This document shows positions 34,946 through 45,375 of a DNA stretch of 58,409 nt, one piece after another. How positions within the stretch are numbered: the stretch's first letter is position 1; every line of letters begins with the position of its first letter. This DNA comes from a virus. Lineage: Duplodnaviria > Caudoviricetes. The stretch covers positions 1 through 58,409 of IMG/VR virus record IMGVR_UViG_3300029319_000050; one strand, written 5' to 3'. Both the position numbers and the translations under genes were made by a program. Below the pieces are notes generated by a model. It was not told the origin of the DNA and searched no databases. It was given only the letters and a program-made list of their open reading frames with translations.

Positions 34946-35692
34946 TTATAATACGTCTTCGTCTTTTACTTTAACATCGCCTGATCTTGCTGCTTGCATA
35001 AAGTCTTTAGCTTGATATGCAATAGCTTTTTCTGATCCTTGTATCTGATCGGCTTGTGTAACATTGAAGCCGAACCAAGAACCTTTATCATTAGATAGCT
35101 CAGTAGTAGTAAGTAAGTATTTATAAGCAAACATAGGTGCAGGAACTAAGTTTCCTTCTGAATTAGCTATCTTAGCCATACGTAAAATAGTCATCCATTT
35201 CCTAGCAACACCTAATTGGCTTCTACTAAAGCTTAAAACACACTGCTGGGGTCCATCATTTTTATCTAGTACCAAGATAAAGAATTGAGCAGTTTCGTCT
35301 ATAGTATTACCGTTTTCTAAAACGAGAATACCCTGATCATTCTTAGTACATTGGCGGACGATATCTGGAGAATGGTCTGCGGTTACTAAACCACCACCTT
35401 TTTCTCTAGGTATCCACTCTAGATACTTTTTAGTATAAGAACATGGGATTATCTCCACACCTTTCTCACCGTCATAAACCGCATTGGTAACGGTGTTATA
35501 CAACATACCTACCTCTGCTCCATCAACGTACTCTGGGGCACGTTTATTTACTTGTGGTGACATAGCTTGTAGTACCCTTATAAAAGGTATAGCTAAATCA
35601 TCACTGGTAACTTCTTCGAGTCCAGTACCTGCAGACAGCAGATCATCATCGAATAAAGCTACGTCTGTGCTCTTTTTACTTTCTTCTGACAT
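34946..35692 (-). CDS. SSB-like replication protein
   Basis: DLAIPFIRVLQAMSPQV...YLEWIPREKGGG...SNDKGSWFG; sits next to the primase. Confidence 0.6.
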   Translation of the reverse strand: MSEESKKSTDVALFDDDLLSAGTGLEEVTSDDLAIPFIRVLQAMSPQVNKRAPEYVDGAEVGMLYNTVTNAVYDGEKGVEIIPCSYTKKYLEWIPREKGGGLVTADHSPDIVRQCTKNDQGILVLENGNTIDETAQFFILVLDKNDGPQQCVLSFSRSQLGVARKWMTILRMAKIANSEGNLVPAPMFAYKYLLTTTELSNDKGSWFGFNVTQADQIQGSEKAIAYQAKDFMQAARSGDVKVKDEDVL

Positions 35693-35707
35693 AAGTCCTC
35701 CTTCTTT

Positions 35708-36298
35708 CTAAGAAATTTTTGCACGACTACCAATAAAAAGACCAAATGTTTCTACAGGAATGTCACCATTACCGTTTTGTATTTGCTCTTTCACGAATGC
35801 TTTTAACGTGGAAGGGTGTACACCTTTATTACTAAAGGGTGATAAACCCATTGCACGGAGTTGATCGTAAGCTGCTTTTGCATCAAGAGATTGATCTTTA
35901 GCAAACTTTACTCCCACCTCATGTTTTATAATATCACCAAAGCCATTAGACTCAAGCCACTCGAAAGCTTCCTCTTGTCTACTTTTAGCTATGTGTGCAT
36001 TATAAAAATCCTCAACGACGATTTTAGTACCGTCACTAAGTTTTATTTCGCTGAAGCCTACTTCAGCCATTTTTTCAGGTAGTTGAACTTCCTGAATATT
36101 CCTAAGCTCCTCTTTAGCGATCTTTAATTGCTCTGTTAGGTCGTCTACACGTTTAGATGCATCGAGCTGTTTTTGAGCAAGTTCTGAAACGCTTTTCATC
36201 TCATCATCTGATGTGACGTTTTTCCATTCAGTTTCGCTATCGAAAAACTCAGCTGTTAGATTATCATTCGATTGACTCATGTAAGTCCTCCTTTGCAT
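35708..36298 (-). CDS. Conserved replication-module protein
   Basis: IKLSDG...AFEWLESNGFGDIIKHEV...VHPSTLKAFVKEQ motif. Confidence 0.7.
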   Translation of the reverse strand: MQRRTYMSQSNDNLTAEFFDSETEWKNVTSDDEMKSVSELAQKQLDASKRVDDLTEQLKIAKEELRNIQEVQLPEKMAEVGFSEIKLSDGTKIVVEDFYNAHIAKSRQEEAFEWLESNGFGDIIKHEVGVKFAKDQSLDAKAAYDQLRAMGLSPFSNKGVHPSTLKAFVKEQIQNGNGDIPVETFGLFIGSRAKIS

Positions 36299-36608
36299 TT
36301 AAATCTAATGAAACTGGATAGTAAACTTGAGTTTCCCTATCCCATTTAAGTACCGTAAACTTATCAAACTTTTGTGCAATAATAGCACAACATACCCCAA
36401 TAGCTGAAGGATCACCTATAAGTAGTAAATAATCGTTATCTGGATTAAAATTAGATAGCTTACGTTTGAGTTTTCTAATAACTGGAATACTGCTAAACAT
36501 TATATTTGTATTAGCAGGAAGTAATACTTCAATATTACCAAATGAGGTTGCTTTTAGAATGTTCTTTCCAGGAGTTTCCTGAACAGCATACACTATGTTA
36601 TCACTCAT
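36264..36608 (-). CDS. Conserved hypothetical protein
   Basis: VYAVQE...NILKATSFG...DYLLLIGDP...LKWDRET motif. Confidence 0.7.
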   Translation of the reverse strand: MSDNIVYAVQETPGKNILKATSFGNIEVLLPANTNIMFSSIPVIRKLKRKLSNFNPDNDYLLLIGDPSAIGVCCAIIAQKFDKFTVLKWDRETQVYYPVSLDLNAKEDLHESIE

Positions 36609-36646
36609 ACTTTCTTCCTTTCTATAGTTATTAGTTAAGCTTTATA

Positions 36647-36679
36647 AAGATATAAAAAAATATTAGCAAAGTAAAGCGT
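36647..36679 (-). promoter_or_regulatory. Promoter of the replication operon (divergent from SNF2)
   Basis: AACGC-TTTACT-N17-TATCTT. Confidence 0.6.
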
Positions 36680-36722
36680 TTTTTTATTTTTTATAGTAAT
36701 ATAAATTTTTAGAAAGCAGAAG

Positions 36723-38159
36723 ATGAAATATAAATTTAAAACTGTGCCTTATGAGCACCAATTAAAAGCACTCAAAGAAAGCTGGAATAAGCCTTCTTAC
36801 GCTTATTTTATGGAAATGGGTACAGGTAAATCTAAAGTGCTCATCGATAATATAGCCCTTTTGTATGATAGAGGAGCCATAAATACAGCTGTTATTATTG
36901 CACCTAAGGGTGTATATCTAAACTGGTTAGATAAAGAAATACCTAATCATATGCCAGACCATGTAGAAACATATATAGCTTTATGGAAAGCCTCACCAAC
37001 TAAAAGAAAACAAGAGGCTTTAATGAAACTTTTTACAGAAAAAGATAAATTAAGGATTTTAATAATTAATGTAGAAGCTTTTTCATCACAAAAAGGTAAA
37101 GCGTTCACAGAAAAGTTTGTTAGGTCTACGCAATGTTTATTAGCTGTAGATGAAAGTACAACTATTAAAAATCCGAAAGCAGCAAGAACTAAAAATTTAT
37201 TAAAAATTGCTGACTATGCAAAATTTAAAAGGATATTAACAGGCTTTCCGATTACTAAATCACCTATGGATTTTTACACACAGTTTAAATTTTTAGATAC
37301 ACACATATTAGGCTATCAATCTTTTTATGCATTCCAAAACCACTTTGCAGAGGTCATTCAAAGGTCAATAGGGTCTCATAGCTTTCGTGAAATAAAAAGT
37401 TTTCGTAACTTAGACGAACTAAAACGTCTTACACAAGCCTATAGTTACAGGGTTTTAAAGAAAGAATGTTTAGATTTACCTGATAAAATTTATAACAAAC
37501 ATTATGTAGAACTAACCCCTGAACAAAATAAATTATATAAACAAATGAAAAAAGATGCGATGGCTATCTTAGATCAAGAAACAATTACAGCTACATCTGT
37601 CATGACACAATTATTAAGATTACATACGATGATATGTGGTTTCGTTAAAACAGACCAAGATGAAGTTATAGATATAGATAATAATAGATTAGATGCATTA
37701 TTAGAATTAGTTTCGTTTATGGACGGTAAAGTAATTATATGGGCTAATTATATCCATAATATCGAAAGAATTACCGAAGCACTTAAAAAAGTTTATGGAG
37801 GTGATAGTGTTGTTAGTTATTATGGTTCTACTAATTTAGATGATAGAAAAGAAGCAATAAAATTATTTCAATCTGAACAAGAACACCCTAGATTTTTTGT
37901 AGGTAATCAAATGACTGCAGGTTATGGTATTACGTTAACGGAAGCTAACAACGTAATTTATTATTCTAATAGTTTCGATTTAGAAAAAAGATTACAGTCA
38001 GAAGATCGAGCTCACCGTATAGGACAAGTTAATAAAGTTACTTATTATGATTTAACAGCTAAAGATACAATAGATGAAAAGATTGTTAAAACGTTATGTT
38101 CTAAACACGATTTAGCTAAACAAGTTTTAGGTGACGGTTATCAGTCTTGGCTTTCTTAA
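36723..38159 (+). CDS. SNF2-family (SF2) helicase
   Basis: PYEHQ, MEMGTGKS, VDEST.IKN, LTGFPI, GITLTEA, QSEDRAHRIGQ. Confidence 0.92.
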   Translation: MKYKFKTVPYEHQLKALKESWNKPSYAYFMEMGTGKSKVLIDNIALLYDRGAINTAVIIAPKGVYLNWLDKEIPNHMPDHVETYIALWKASPTKRKQEALMKLFTEKDKLRILIINVEAFSSQKGKAFTEKFVRSTQCLLAVDESTTIKNPKAARTKNLLKIADYAKFKRILTGFPITKSPMDFYTQFKFLDTHILGYQSFYAFQNHFAEVIQRSIGSHSFREIKSFRNLDELKRLTQAYSYRVLKKECLDLPDKIYNKHYVELTPEQNKLYKQMKKDAMAILDQETITATSVMTQLLRLHTMICGFVKTDQDEVIDIDNNRLDALLELVSFMDGKVIIWANYIHNIERITEALKKVYGGDSVVSYYGSTNLDDRKEAIKLFQSEQEHPRFFVGNQMTAGYGITLTEANNVIYYSNSFDLEKRLQSEDRAHRIGQVNKVTYYDLTAKDTIDEKIVKTLCSKHDLAKQVLGDGYQSWLS

Positions 38160-39112
38160 AGTGCACCTTTTGAAGGTCCACTGACATCAATCGGATCTTC
38201 CATTTCGTCTTGTAATATATCTATAATATCTTGAGCGAAGTCCATTTGGTCTTCAAATAAATAACCGAAAACACCACCAATACCTCTGCCTAAATCACCA
38301 ACAAAATCACCAACACCTTGTAAAAACCCTGAACCTTCGTTAGTGCCATAAGTTGTAACATTACGTGGTAGGTAATCTGATATTTGTGTTCCAGGAAGTT
38401 GACCAGTGATACCACCTAAATCAGACATGACCGAATCATATGTTTGACCACCTGAGCCACCTAACCCACCGATGCCACGACTCATAGGTCCAGTGGTGTC
38501 ATCTCCCATCACACCATCACCTTGTACATTATCAGGTCTATTAGGTGTTGTAGTAGTACTGCTAGTGCCCTCAGGGAAAGTTTCTATTTTTTGTCCTAAA
38601 CCTCTAGCTATATCTATTGCATAAGGATCGGCACCAAAGCCTAGTTGCGGAAAAAATCCTGCACGTTGTCTTTGTATTAAACGTAACATAGGATCATTCA
38701 TTGCTTGAATTAATTCGCTTTCTTGTTGCCTAGCTGTAGGGTCATCAGGTATAGATATTCTAGGATCACCAACCATTTGATTAGATAAACCACCCATTTG
38801 CATACCCATTGCATTATCGAAGTCTGCAGTAGCTTCCATTAATTCGTTTATACGAGATTTAACTTTACCTGTTTCATCAGTTGTATATTTATCTACTTCT
38901 ACATCGTATACTGAGGGGTTATCTTTTTTAGACCTACCTTCTAATTTAGTAACTTCGAAGTCCATCCCTTTAATCATATTACGTATATCAGAACCTTCTC
39001 GCATAATATTATTAGGGTTATCACCTTGCATAGCTCTATCACCTAATTTTTGTGTCATCTGTGATAGAGACGAAATCCCTTGCATTAAATTTTTTATATC
39101 TTCGTTTATCAT
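38156..39112 (-). CDS. Probable internal virion protein
   Basis: Low-complexity, Gly/Asp-rich; last gene of the ejection-protein cluster. Confidence 0.55.
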   Translation of the reverse strand: MINEDIKNLMQGISSLSQMTQKLGDRAMQGDNPNNIMREGSDIRNMIKGMDFEVTKLEGRSKKDNPSVYDVEVDKYTTDETGKVKSRINELMEATADFDNAMGMQMGGLSNQMVGDPRISIPDDPTARQQESELIQAMNDPMLRLIQRQRAGFFPQLGFGADPYAIDIARGLGQKIETFPEGTSSTTTTPNRPDNVQGDGVMGDDTTGPMSRGIGGLGGSGGQTYDSVMSDLGGITGQLPGTQISDYLPRNVTTYGTNEGSGFLQGVGDFVGDLGRGIGGVFGYLFEDQMDFAQDIIDILQDEMEDPIDVSGPSKGAL

Positions 39113-42100
39113 TCTTCTAATAATTTTACTTCTTCAGGTATTTCATCATCACTAAGTATACCATCATAGTTACGTGCTATTAAACCACCAATAGGTGATG
39201 TTGTTTTAATTTGGTTCATGGATTTATACCTGTTTTGTATAAAACTTTCTAATGCTTGTTCATCTGTTATTAACCTTGTTAAAAGGTCGTAACTTTTTTC
39301 TGCTTGTGTTTTATCAAATAGTCTAAATCTTACACTCATTGCGTTTAAGGGTCCTAGTAAGAATTGAAAAAGTCTTTGCCCTAAAGAATCAGGTTGTGTG
39401 ATTTGTCGCACTATGTCTTTTGCATTTTGTGCACTTTCTTTTGAAATTTCTGACATAATCCTTTTATTACTAAATTGTGTTGTTTCAGCTAATTTTTTCA
39501 AACCATCAATATACTTTGGGCTAAAGAAAATTTTATATGATTGTTCAAAATTAGGATCATTGATAGTTTTAATTAAACTATCAAGATCTATAATTTTACC
39601 CATAAAAGGATCTTTCGTGGTTATATCATCTAAAAGTATTTTTTGTAGATGAAACTGAAATTGATTTTGTAATTCAGGTGATGTTTTTAATATTCGTGCT
39701 AATTTTCTTCTTCTACTATTTAGTTGCAATTTACTTTCGTTAGGTGTGCCTCTGAACACGTCGTACACATTACTTATGACATCGTCTGTATCTCCTGTAA
39801 ATTTCTCGAATTCCTTATTTATTTGTGACACTGCATCGTCATAGGATGCTCTAGCTTTTGCTATATAATCTAAATCTCTAGCTGCTTGTCTAAATATTTT
39901 TTGGTCTTTTTTTGTTGGGTATAATCTTCTAAAAATACCACTATGTTCAGCTAAAAATTCATTGACAGCATTTTGTCTTGTTGAAGGTTTTTGACTTCTT
40001 ATTTTATCTTTTAATCTTTCACCAAATGCAAACCTTAAATCTGTTATTAATGAATCATCACCTAATTCTAAAACATCAAAAATATCATCAAAGTACTCAT
40101 TGACATTAGCATTTTTGACACTTTTATTCATGGTTTCATCGAAAAGTTGAGAAGGTAAAACTCTTCCTTTTCTTAAATCACTTATAAATTGTTTTCTTGC
40201 TAATTCATTCGCTTTTGTATATTGATTTTTAGCAAAATTCCAAGCCTCCGAAGGACTAAGCTCCATATCACCCACAGTTATTTTATTACCTGTTAAATCT
40301 GCTTGATTTAATGTGGCACTAATATCTTCGTCAACAGCCTTCATTAATTTAGTTATTTCTTTAGGGTCTAGATCAACCTCTTTTTTTCCTCCTCTAATTA
40401 AATTTAACAATTTGCGTGTTTCGTAAAGCTCACCTAAATTAAGAGGACTTATAAATTTACCTTGTGCATCTCTGTTTGATAGTTTAAGTAATAATTCCTG
40501 CGAAGCATTAGCATTATCACCAAATATTCTTTGTGCAAAAGATGGATCATCTAATACTGTAAATATAGAGTTAGTTTTCTTTTGGTTTAGTAAATTAGTT
40601 AATGTGTTTCTTGTGCTTGTTGTAGTTGCTCTATAAGGTGCGGTGCCTACTTTTACAGTTTCAAATAATGCATCTTGTGCTTCCAAGTTTTCTTTTACTA
40701 AATTAGATAAATATGTTCCACCTTCATCAGGTAGTTGTCGATATAAACCAATACCTAAACCAGAGGCTGCTCCTTCGTATCCAGGAATTTCTTTAATTTT
40801 AGCAGCCAAACGTTTTTCATTTAATTTTAAATTACTTCTAACTTCTTCTAATATTTTATTTTTATTCTCTCCAGCAGCGGCTTTGAAATTTCTACCAAAA
40901 ACCTCTATCGCTTGTTCACCAAAATCTTCACCAAACTCTGTAGATAGTTGAGTAGCGAATTTTATTAAAGATTCTTCATTATCTTGTATATTTTGCAGAT
41001 AAGCTCGTCTGACTGCAGGATCAGTTCCTGGAGCATTAATAAAAGCATCTTCTAAAGCAAGAAGTTCCTGTGATTTATATTTTTGTCCAAGAGTAGGATT
41101 GAATCCAGGGACTTCATTAGGTTTTAATGTTGTTTCTGCTTCTTTTCTTGCATTTTGTAACATGTCGTTCATTTTATTTACTGCATCATTAGGCATTTTT
41201 TCACCTTTTAATGCTCTGTAAAATCCTCTACCTATGAAAGCTAATGAATTAAATACACCTGTGCCTGCACCTGCAAAAGCTGCTGGCTCTATTGATTGTT
41301 TCATTAAATCTACAAAATCAGCATCTTGATTCAAACCAAAAAATTGTTGACCTGCTAAAAGTTTTGCAAGCTCACCTGCAAAAGTAGCACTAGCTGAACC
41401 ACCTGCAGTAATAGCACCGCTAGTTAAATTTTTGACTACACCAACAGGTAAGTTTTTAAAAAGACCAGTTAATGCAACTTGTGCTCCAATATCTAAAGTT
41501 AGTGGAATAGCTTCTTCTGCTAAAAATTCAGCTATATCCCCCATGTCGGCTCCTGGACGATTAAATGCGACTAAACGATCTCCTTCGTTTGCTTGAAAAA
41601 CCGTGCCTATACCTGCTATATCTTCCACATAGTAAGGTTTTTTTCCAAGTTGTTTTGTTAATAATTTTACACTATCTTCAAAAGATAATTGTCTATTACC
41701 AAACCCTGCTTTTAACCTAGTTAGAAAATCTGCTCCAGATGTATTTACGTCTATTCCTATATTAGCAGCAGCTTGTAATTTTTCTTCATCGTCTAACCAT
41801 TCGCCAACAGGTCTACCAACATTTTTATATGCATCTAATATAAAATCTGTAGATAAAAACGGTGTTAGGTTTATGTTTGGTAATTTATCTTTTGAAGTTT
41901 CTGCAACATCAGCTATACCTTTTAATCCTTTACCTGCTTTTTGTAATGAGCTTTGAAAAGTTGTGGGATCGTAATCTACAGGTGTACGAGGTGCTTCTAA
42001 TTTTTTTACTAAATTACTATAATAATCTTCAACCGCTGGGTTTTCATCAAAATATTTATTTCTTTCATCATCAGATAAACTTGCAATATTTTGCAGCAAA

Positions 42101-42141
42101 GTAGATTCTTTTTGATTTAATAAGGTAAGTGGCTCAGCCAT
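39109..42141 (-). CDS. Large internal virion / DNA-ejection protein
   Basis: 1010 aa, helical, with Gly/Ala hydrophobic segments; position typical of podoviral ejectosome genes. Confidence 0.65.
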   Translation of the reverse strand: MAEPLTLLNQKESTLLQNIASLSDDERNKYFDENPAVEDYYSNLVKKLEAPRTPVDYDPTTFQSSLQKAGKGLKGIADVAETSKDKLPNINLTPFLSTDFILDAYKNVGRPVGEWLDDEEKLQAAANIGIDVNTSGADFLTRLKAGFGNRQLSFEDSVKLLTKQLGKKPYYVEDIAGIGTVFQANEGDRLVAFNRPGADMGDIAEFLAEEAIPLTLDIGAQVALTGLFKNLPVGVVKNLTSGAITAGGSASATFAGELAKLLAGQQFFGLNQDADFVDLMKQSIEPAAFAGAGTGVFNSLAFIGRGFYRALKGEKMPNDAVNKMNDMLQNARKEAETTLKPNEVPGFNPTLGQKYKSQELLALEDAFINAPGTDPAVRRAYLQNIQDNEESLIKFATQLSTEFGEDFGEQAIEVFGRNFKAAAGENKNKILEEVRSNLKLNEKRLAAKIKEIPGYEGAASGLGIGLYRQLPDEGGTYLSNLVKENLEAQDALFETVKVGTAPYRATTTSTRNTLTNLLNQKKTNSIFTVLDDPSFAQRIFGDNANASQELLLKLSNRDAQGKFISPLNLGELYETRKLLNLIRGGKKEVDLDPKEITKLMKAVDEDISATLNQADLTGNKITVGDMELSPSEAWNFAKNQYTKANELARKQFISDLRKGRVLPSQLFDETMNKSVKNANVNEYFDDIFDVLELGDDSLITDLRFAFGERLKDKIRSQKPSTRQNAVNEFLAEHSGIFRRLYPTKKDQKIFRQAARDLDYIAKARASYDDAVSQINKEFEKFTGDTDDVISNVYDVFRGTPNESKLQLNSRRRKLARILKTSPELQNQFQFHLQKILLDDITTKDPFMGKIIDLDSLIKTINDPNFEQSYKIFFSPKYIDGLKKLAETTQFSNKRIMSEISKESAQNAKDIVRQITQPDSLGQRLFQFLLGPLNAMSVRFRLFDKTQAEKSYDLLTRLITDEQALESFIQNRYKSMNQIKTTSPIGGLIARNYDGILSDDEIPEEVKLLEE

Positions 42142-42142
42142 A

Positions 42143-43918
42143 TTAGTCTATACCTAATTTAATACCAAGAGATTTAGCAGCATCATTAACTAAATCTTGA
42201 CCCGATTTTTGGCTTGTAGTTAAATTATCTCCTGTTTGAACAGTTGCTGCTGGTGTGCTATCTGTTAAATACTTTTCTAAATATAGCTCATACGGTCCTC
42301 TAGCACCGCCTATACCTGATCCATATGTTTTAGCATAATTTAGAAATCTTTGGAACTCATCGTAATCTATGTTATTCGGATCAAGGAATGTGCTTATAGC
42401 ACCTTTAAAATCTTGATTTAAAATATCATCTGTAAGTCCCTCTTGGTCTCTCATCGATTTATATGCTTGTCCACCAAATATAGAACGTTGTCCTCTAGTT
42501 TCTCTTTCGTTTGCATCAAAAGATTTTGCAGCAAAATTAACAATTGTTCGCATAGCAGCCTGTGGTGTAGATGCATCACCTCCAATAGTACGTAATGCGT
42601 TAATAATATCTTTATCTGATACTGCTCTACTTTCCTGACCTTTTAATAATAATGAGTAATAAGCTAATTCTAAAAATAATGCTTTATATACTGCACTATC
42701 AGCTACTGCAGAACCTAATTCTGACCATTTAAAACCTATAGGATTACCGTCGTCATCTACAGCATTTTCTAAATTATTAGCAGAACTTGTTTGATTATCT
42801 GTTCCTAAATTATTGAATAATTTATTTGTATTAGCTAAAACTTTCTTTTGATCGTCAGATAATGTGCCTAAAAGTTTAGAAGTCGCTGTATCAATATTAG
42901 TTTTAAATCTACCTATTACATTAAATAAAGCACCAGTAACATTAGCTACATCCGCTGGAGTATTAGCCCCTTGTAAAATATCTAACATCTGATTTACAGG
43001 TGTTAATATATTACCAGCAGCGACAACTTTTTCTACACTAGCTTTTTGTCCGTCTTTATAATCATCAGAGTTTATCTTGCCTTTTAGACCGTCTTTTAAT
43101 GTTTTTAATTGTCCTGAATTATTTATTATAATTGTTCCTTGAGAAGCGAAACCATAAATAGGTGCTCCAGTTTCTTCATCATACCCTTTTATTACTTCTA
43201 ATATTTCTTCTCCCTCAGGAGTTGTCCTAATTCTACCAGCATCTAAAGGATCTTTACCTAATTCCATTAAATCAGATCTCCAAACATTTACTTGTTTAGT
43301 TCCAGCAGGGCTATCTTTTTCTGCTCTTAATGCTACGTCTAATAATTTACCATAAATTTTATCTTTAGATGCACTTTTTGCAGCTATGAAAGCTTTATCG
43401 ATCTCACGTTGTTCAGCCTTTGCTAATTTAAATCCTTCTTGAAACTTTGGTGACTGTCCTGCTGCGAATAAATTTGTAATAATTCTAGTAACTTCACTTT
43501 TTTCTTGTTCATTAGCGTCAGGGTATTGTAAATTTACTAATTCATTAGCAATTCTATCAACATTACCTAAATTAATATCATCGGTACCTGTTCCAGATAA
43601 TAATAACCTAGAAATATCATCTCTATCTAAACCACTAATTAAATCATCTAATCTATTAGCACCTGTTGCACCAGTTGTATCGGTCATACTTGTTGTGCCT
43701 GTAGATAATCTAGCAGTCGGTAAATTAGCAGCACCTGACATTTGTGATGTATCTAATACTGTTCCTGGACTTACATTAGGTGCACCTTGTAAATTAACAT
43801 TAGGTATATTTACACTACCGATTCCCTGACGAGGGGTATTAGCTCTATACATATCAAGAGGATATAAACCGTCTTGTTGTTCTATCATTTTTTGTAAATC
43901 AGTTAACGTAAGTGCCAT
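42143..43918 (-). CDS. Internal virion / DNA-ejection protein
   Basis: 591 aa, coupled within the ejection cluster. Confidence 0.6.
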   Translation of the reverse strand: MALTLTDLQKMIEQQDGLYPLDMYRANTPRQGIGSVNIPNVNLQGAPNVSPGTVLDTSQMSGAANLPTARLSTGTTSMTDTTGATGANRLDDLISGLDRDDISRLLLSGTGTDDINLGNVDRIANELVNLQYPDANEQEKSEVTRIITNLFAAGQSPKFQEGFKLAKAEQREIDKAFIAAKSASKDKIYGKLLDVALRAEKDSPAGTKQVNVWRSDLMELGKDPLDAGRIRTTPEGEEILEVIKGYDEETGAPIYGFASQGTIIINNSGQLKTLKDGLKGKINSDDYKDGQKASVEKVVAAGNILTPVNQMLDILQGANTPADVANVTGALFNVIGRFKTNIDTATSKLLGTLSDDQKKVLANTNKLFNNLGTDNQTSSANNLENAVDDDGNPIGFKWSELGSAVADSAVYKALFLELAYYSLLLKGQESRAVSDKDIINALRTIGGDASTPQAAMRTIVNFAAKSFDANERETRGQRSIFGGQAYKSMRDQEGLTDDILNQDFKGAISTFLDPNNIDYDEFQRFLNYAKTYGSGIGGARGPYELYLEKYLTDSTPAATVQTGDNLTTSQKSGQDLVNDAAKSLGIKLGID

Positions 43919-45375
43919 TATCCTATGCTCCCTAACCCATAACCCATAGACATATCATAAGTATTACCAATAGGTACAACAGAAGTTGTAGATCCTGCTA
44001 ACGGTGCTAATCCACCAAAAATACCTGCTACATTAGCAATCGTTTGCATCGGTAAATTATATTGACCTACAAAGTTTTGATAATCTAAATCAAGACCTGC
44101 TTGTTGCATACCACGTTGAGTACTACCAATATTACCTAATAATTGTACATCTGCTCTTTGTAATCCTGGAAGTGCACTAGCAATACCTAATTGTTGTCTA
44201 CCTAAATTACCAAGTCCTGTACCAAGTTGTGAACCTAACTGACCTGTATAACGACCAGCACCTAATCCTAAAGTACCTAATGAAGTACCAAGTTGACCAA
44301 CACCTAATCCTGCTTGTCTACCTGCAGTTCCAGCAGCTTGACCTAATCTACCTAATTGTTGTGCTAATTGTGCTTGTTGAGCACCACCTAACTGTGTAGC
44401 CCCTAACAATCCTTGTAAGCCTGCTTGTTGACCTGCTAATGTTTGTTGCCCTAATGCACCAGTTTGTCCTGCTAACTGTGATAATAATCTAGCTTGATTT
44501 GCCTGCCTTGCTTGTTGTGCTTCGAAAGCTTGTTGTGCGGCTTGCTGTGCTCTACCGAAGCCTTGTGCTCTTAAACCACCTACTGCTTCTGCTGCTCCAC
44601 GACCTGCACGTCTTGCTAATTCTTCTGAAGCTAATCGACCTCTAGCCCCACCGAAAGCACCACTTCTAACTTGTGCTGCTCTATTAGCAATATCAGAAGT
44701 AGCTAACCCTTCACTAACATCTTGTAACGTTTGTTGTACTACTGCATCTTCAAAAGGATTAAAGAAAGCCCCTGTAGATCTAGGATCAAAAGCCCCTGTA
44801 GATAGAAGCCCTGCAATCCCTGCTTGTCCTAATCCACCTAGTGCCGAGGAGATAAACGGTGCTTGAGTTCCTGCAAGACCTCTAAAACCTGTTTGAGCTT
44901 CAGCAACACCTCTGCCTACATCTTGAGCCCCCATTCTTGCTGCATCTTCAGCTCTTTGATAAGCAGCTAATTCAGGTATTAAAGAACCCTCAATAGTGCT
45001 AACTCCACGACCTGCTAAATCTCTAGCTTGAGCTAAACCACTAGCTATTTGTTGTTGCCCCATCGCACCACTACGCATTAATTCTGCTGCAGCTTGTTCG
45101 GTAAGTTCTGTACCTCTATCTAAAAAAGGTCTATATGAACCTATAGCTTGTTCTCCTAACTGAAAAGCACGTCTTTCTTGAGGAGTAAAGTCAGCTATAC
45201 GTTGCCCTGTATAAGTAAAAGGGCTACTATCAGGTAAACCTAAAGTAGCAAGTTGATTTACTAATTGTTGATTTAATAACGGAAATAATCCAGGAATACC
45301 TGCACCGCCACCTGCTATAAAATCTTGAACAATCTGGTTAGGAGCAATTATTTGTTGTTGTTGTTCTACTGCCAT
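43918..45375 (-). CDS. DNA transfer (pilot-type) protein
   Basis: YTGQRIADFTPQ, FNPFEDAVVQQTL, GAFGGARG; Gln/Gly/Ala-rich. Confidence 0.7.
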   Translation of the reverse strand: MAVEQQQQIIAPNQIVQDFIAGGGAGIPGLFPLLNQQLVNQLATLGLPDSSPFTYTGQRIADFTPQERRAFQLGEQAIGSYRPFLDRGTELTEQAAAELMRSGAMGQQQIASGLAQARDLAGRGVSTIEGSLIPELAAYQRAEDAARMGAQDVGRGVAEAQTGFRGLAGTQAPFISSALGGLGQAGIAGLLSTGAFDPRSTGAFFNPFEDAVVQQTLQDVSEGLATSDIANRAAQVRSGAFGGARGRLASEELARRAGRGAAEAVGGLRAQGFGRAQQAAQQAFEAQQARQANQARLLSQLAGQTGALGQQTLAGQQAGLQGLLGATQLGGAQQAQLAQQLGRLGQAAGTAGRQAGLGVGQLGTSLGTLGLGAGRYTGQLGSQLGTGLGNLGRQQLGIASALPGLQRADVQLLGNIGSTQRGMQQAGLDLDYQNFVGQYNLPMQTIANVAGIFGGLAPLAGSTTSVVPIGNTYDMSMGYGLGSIG

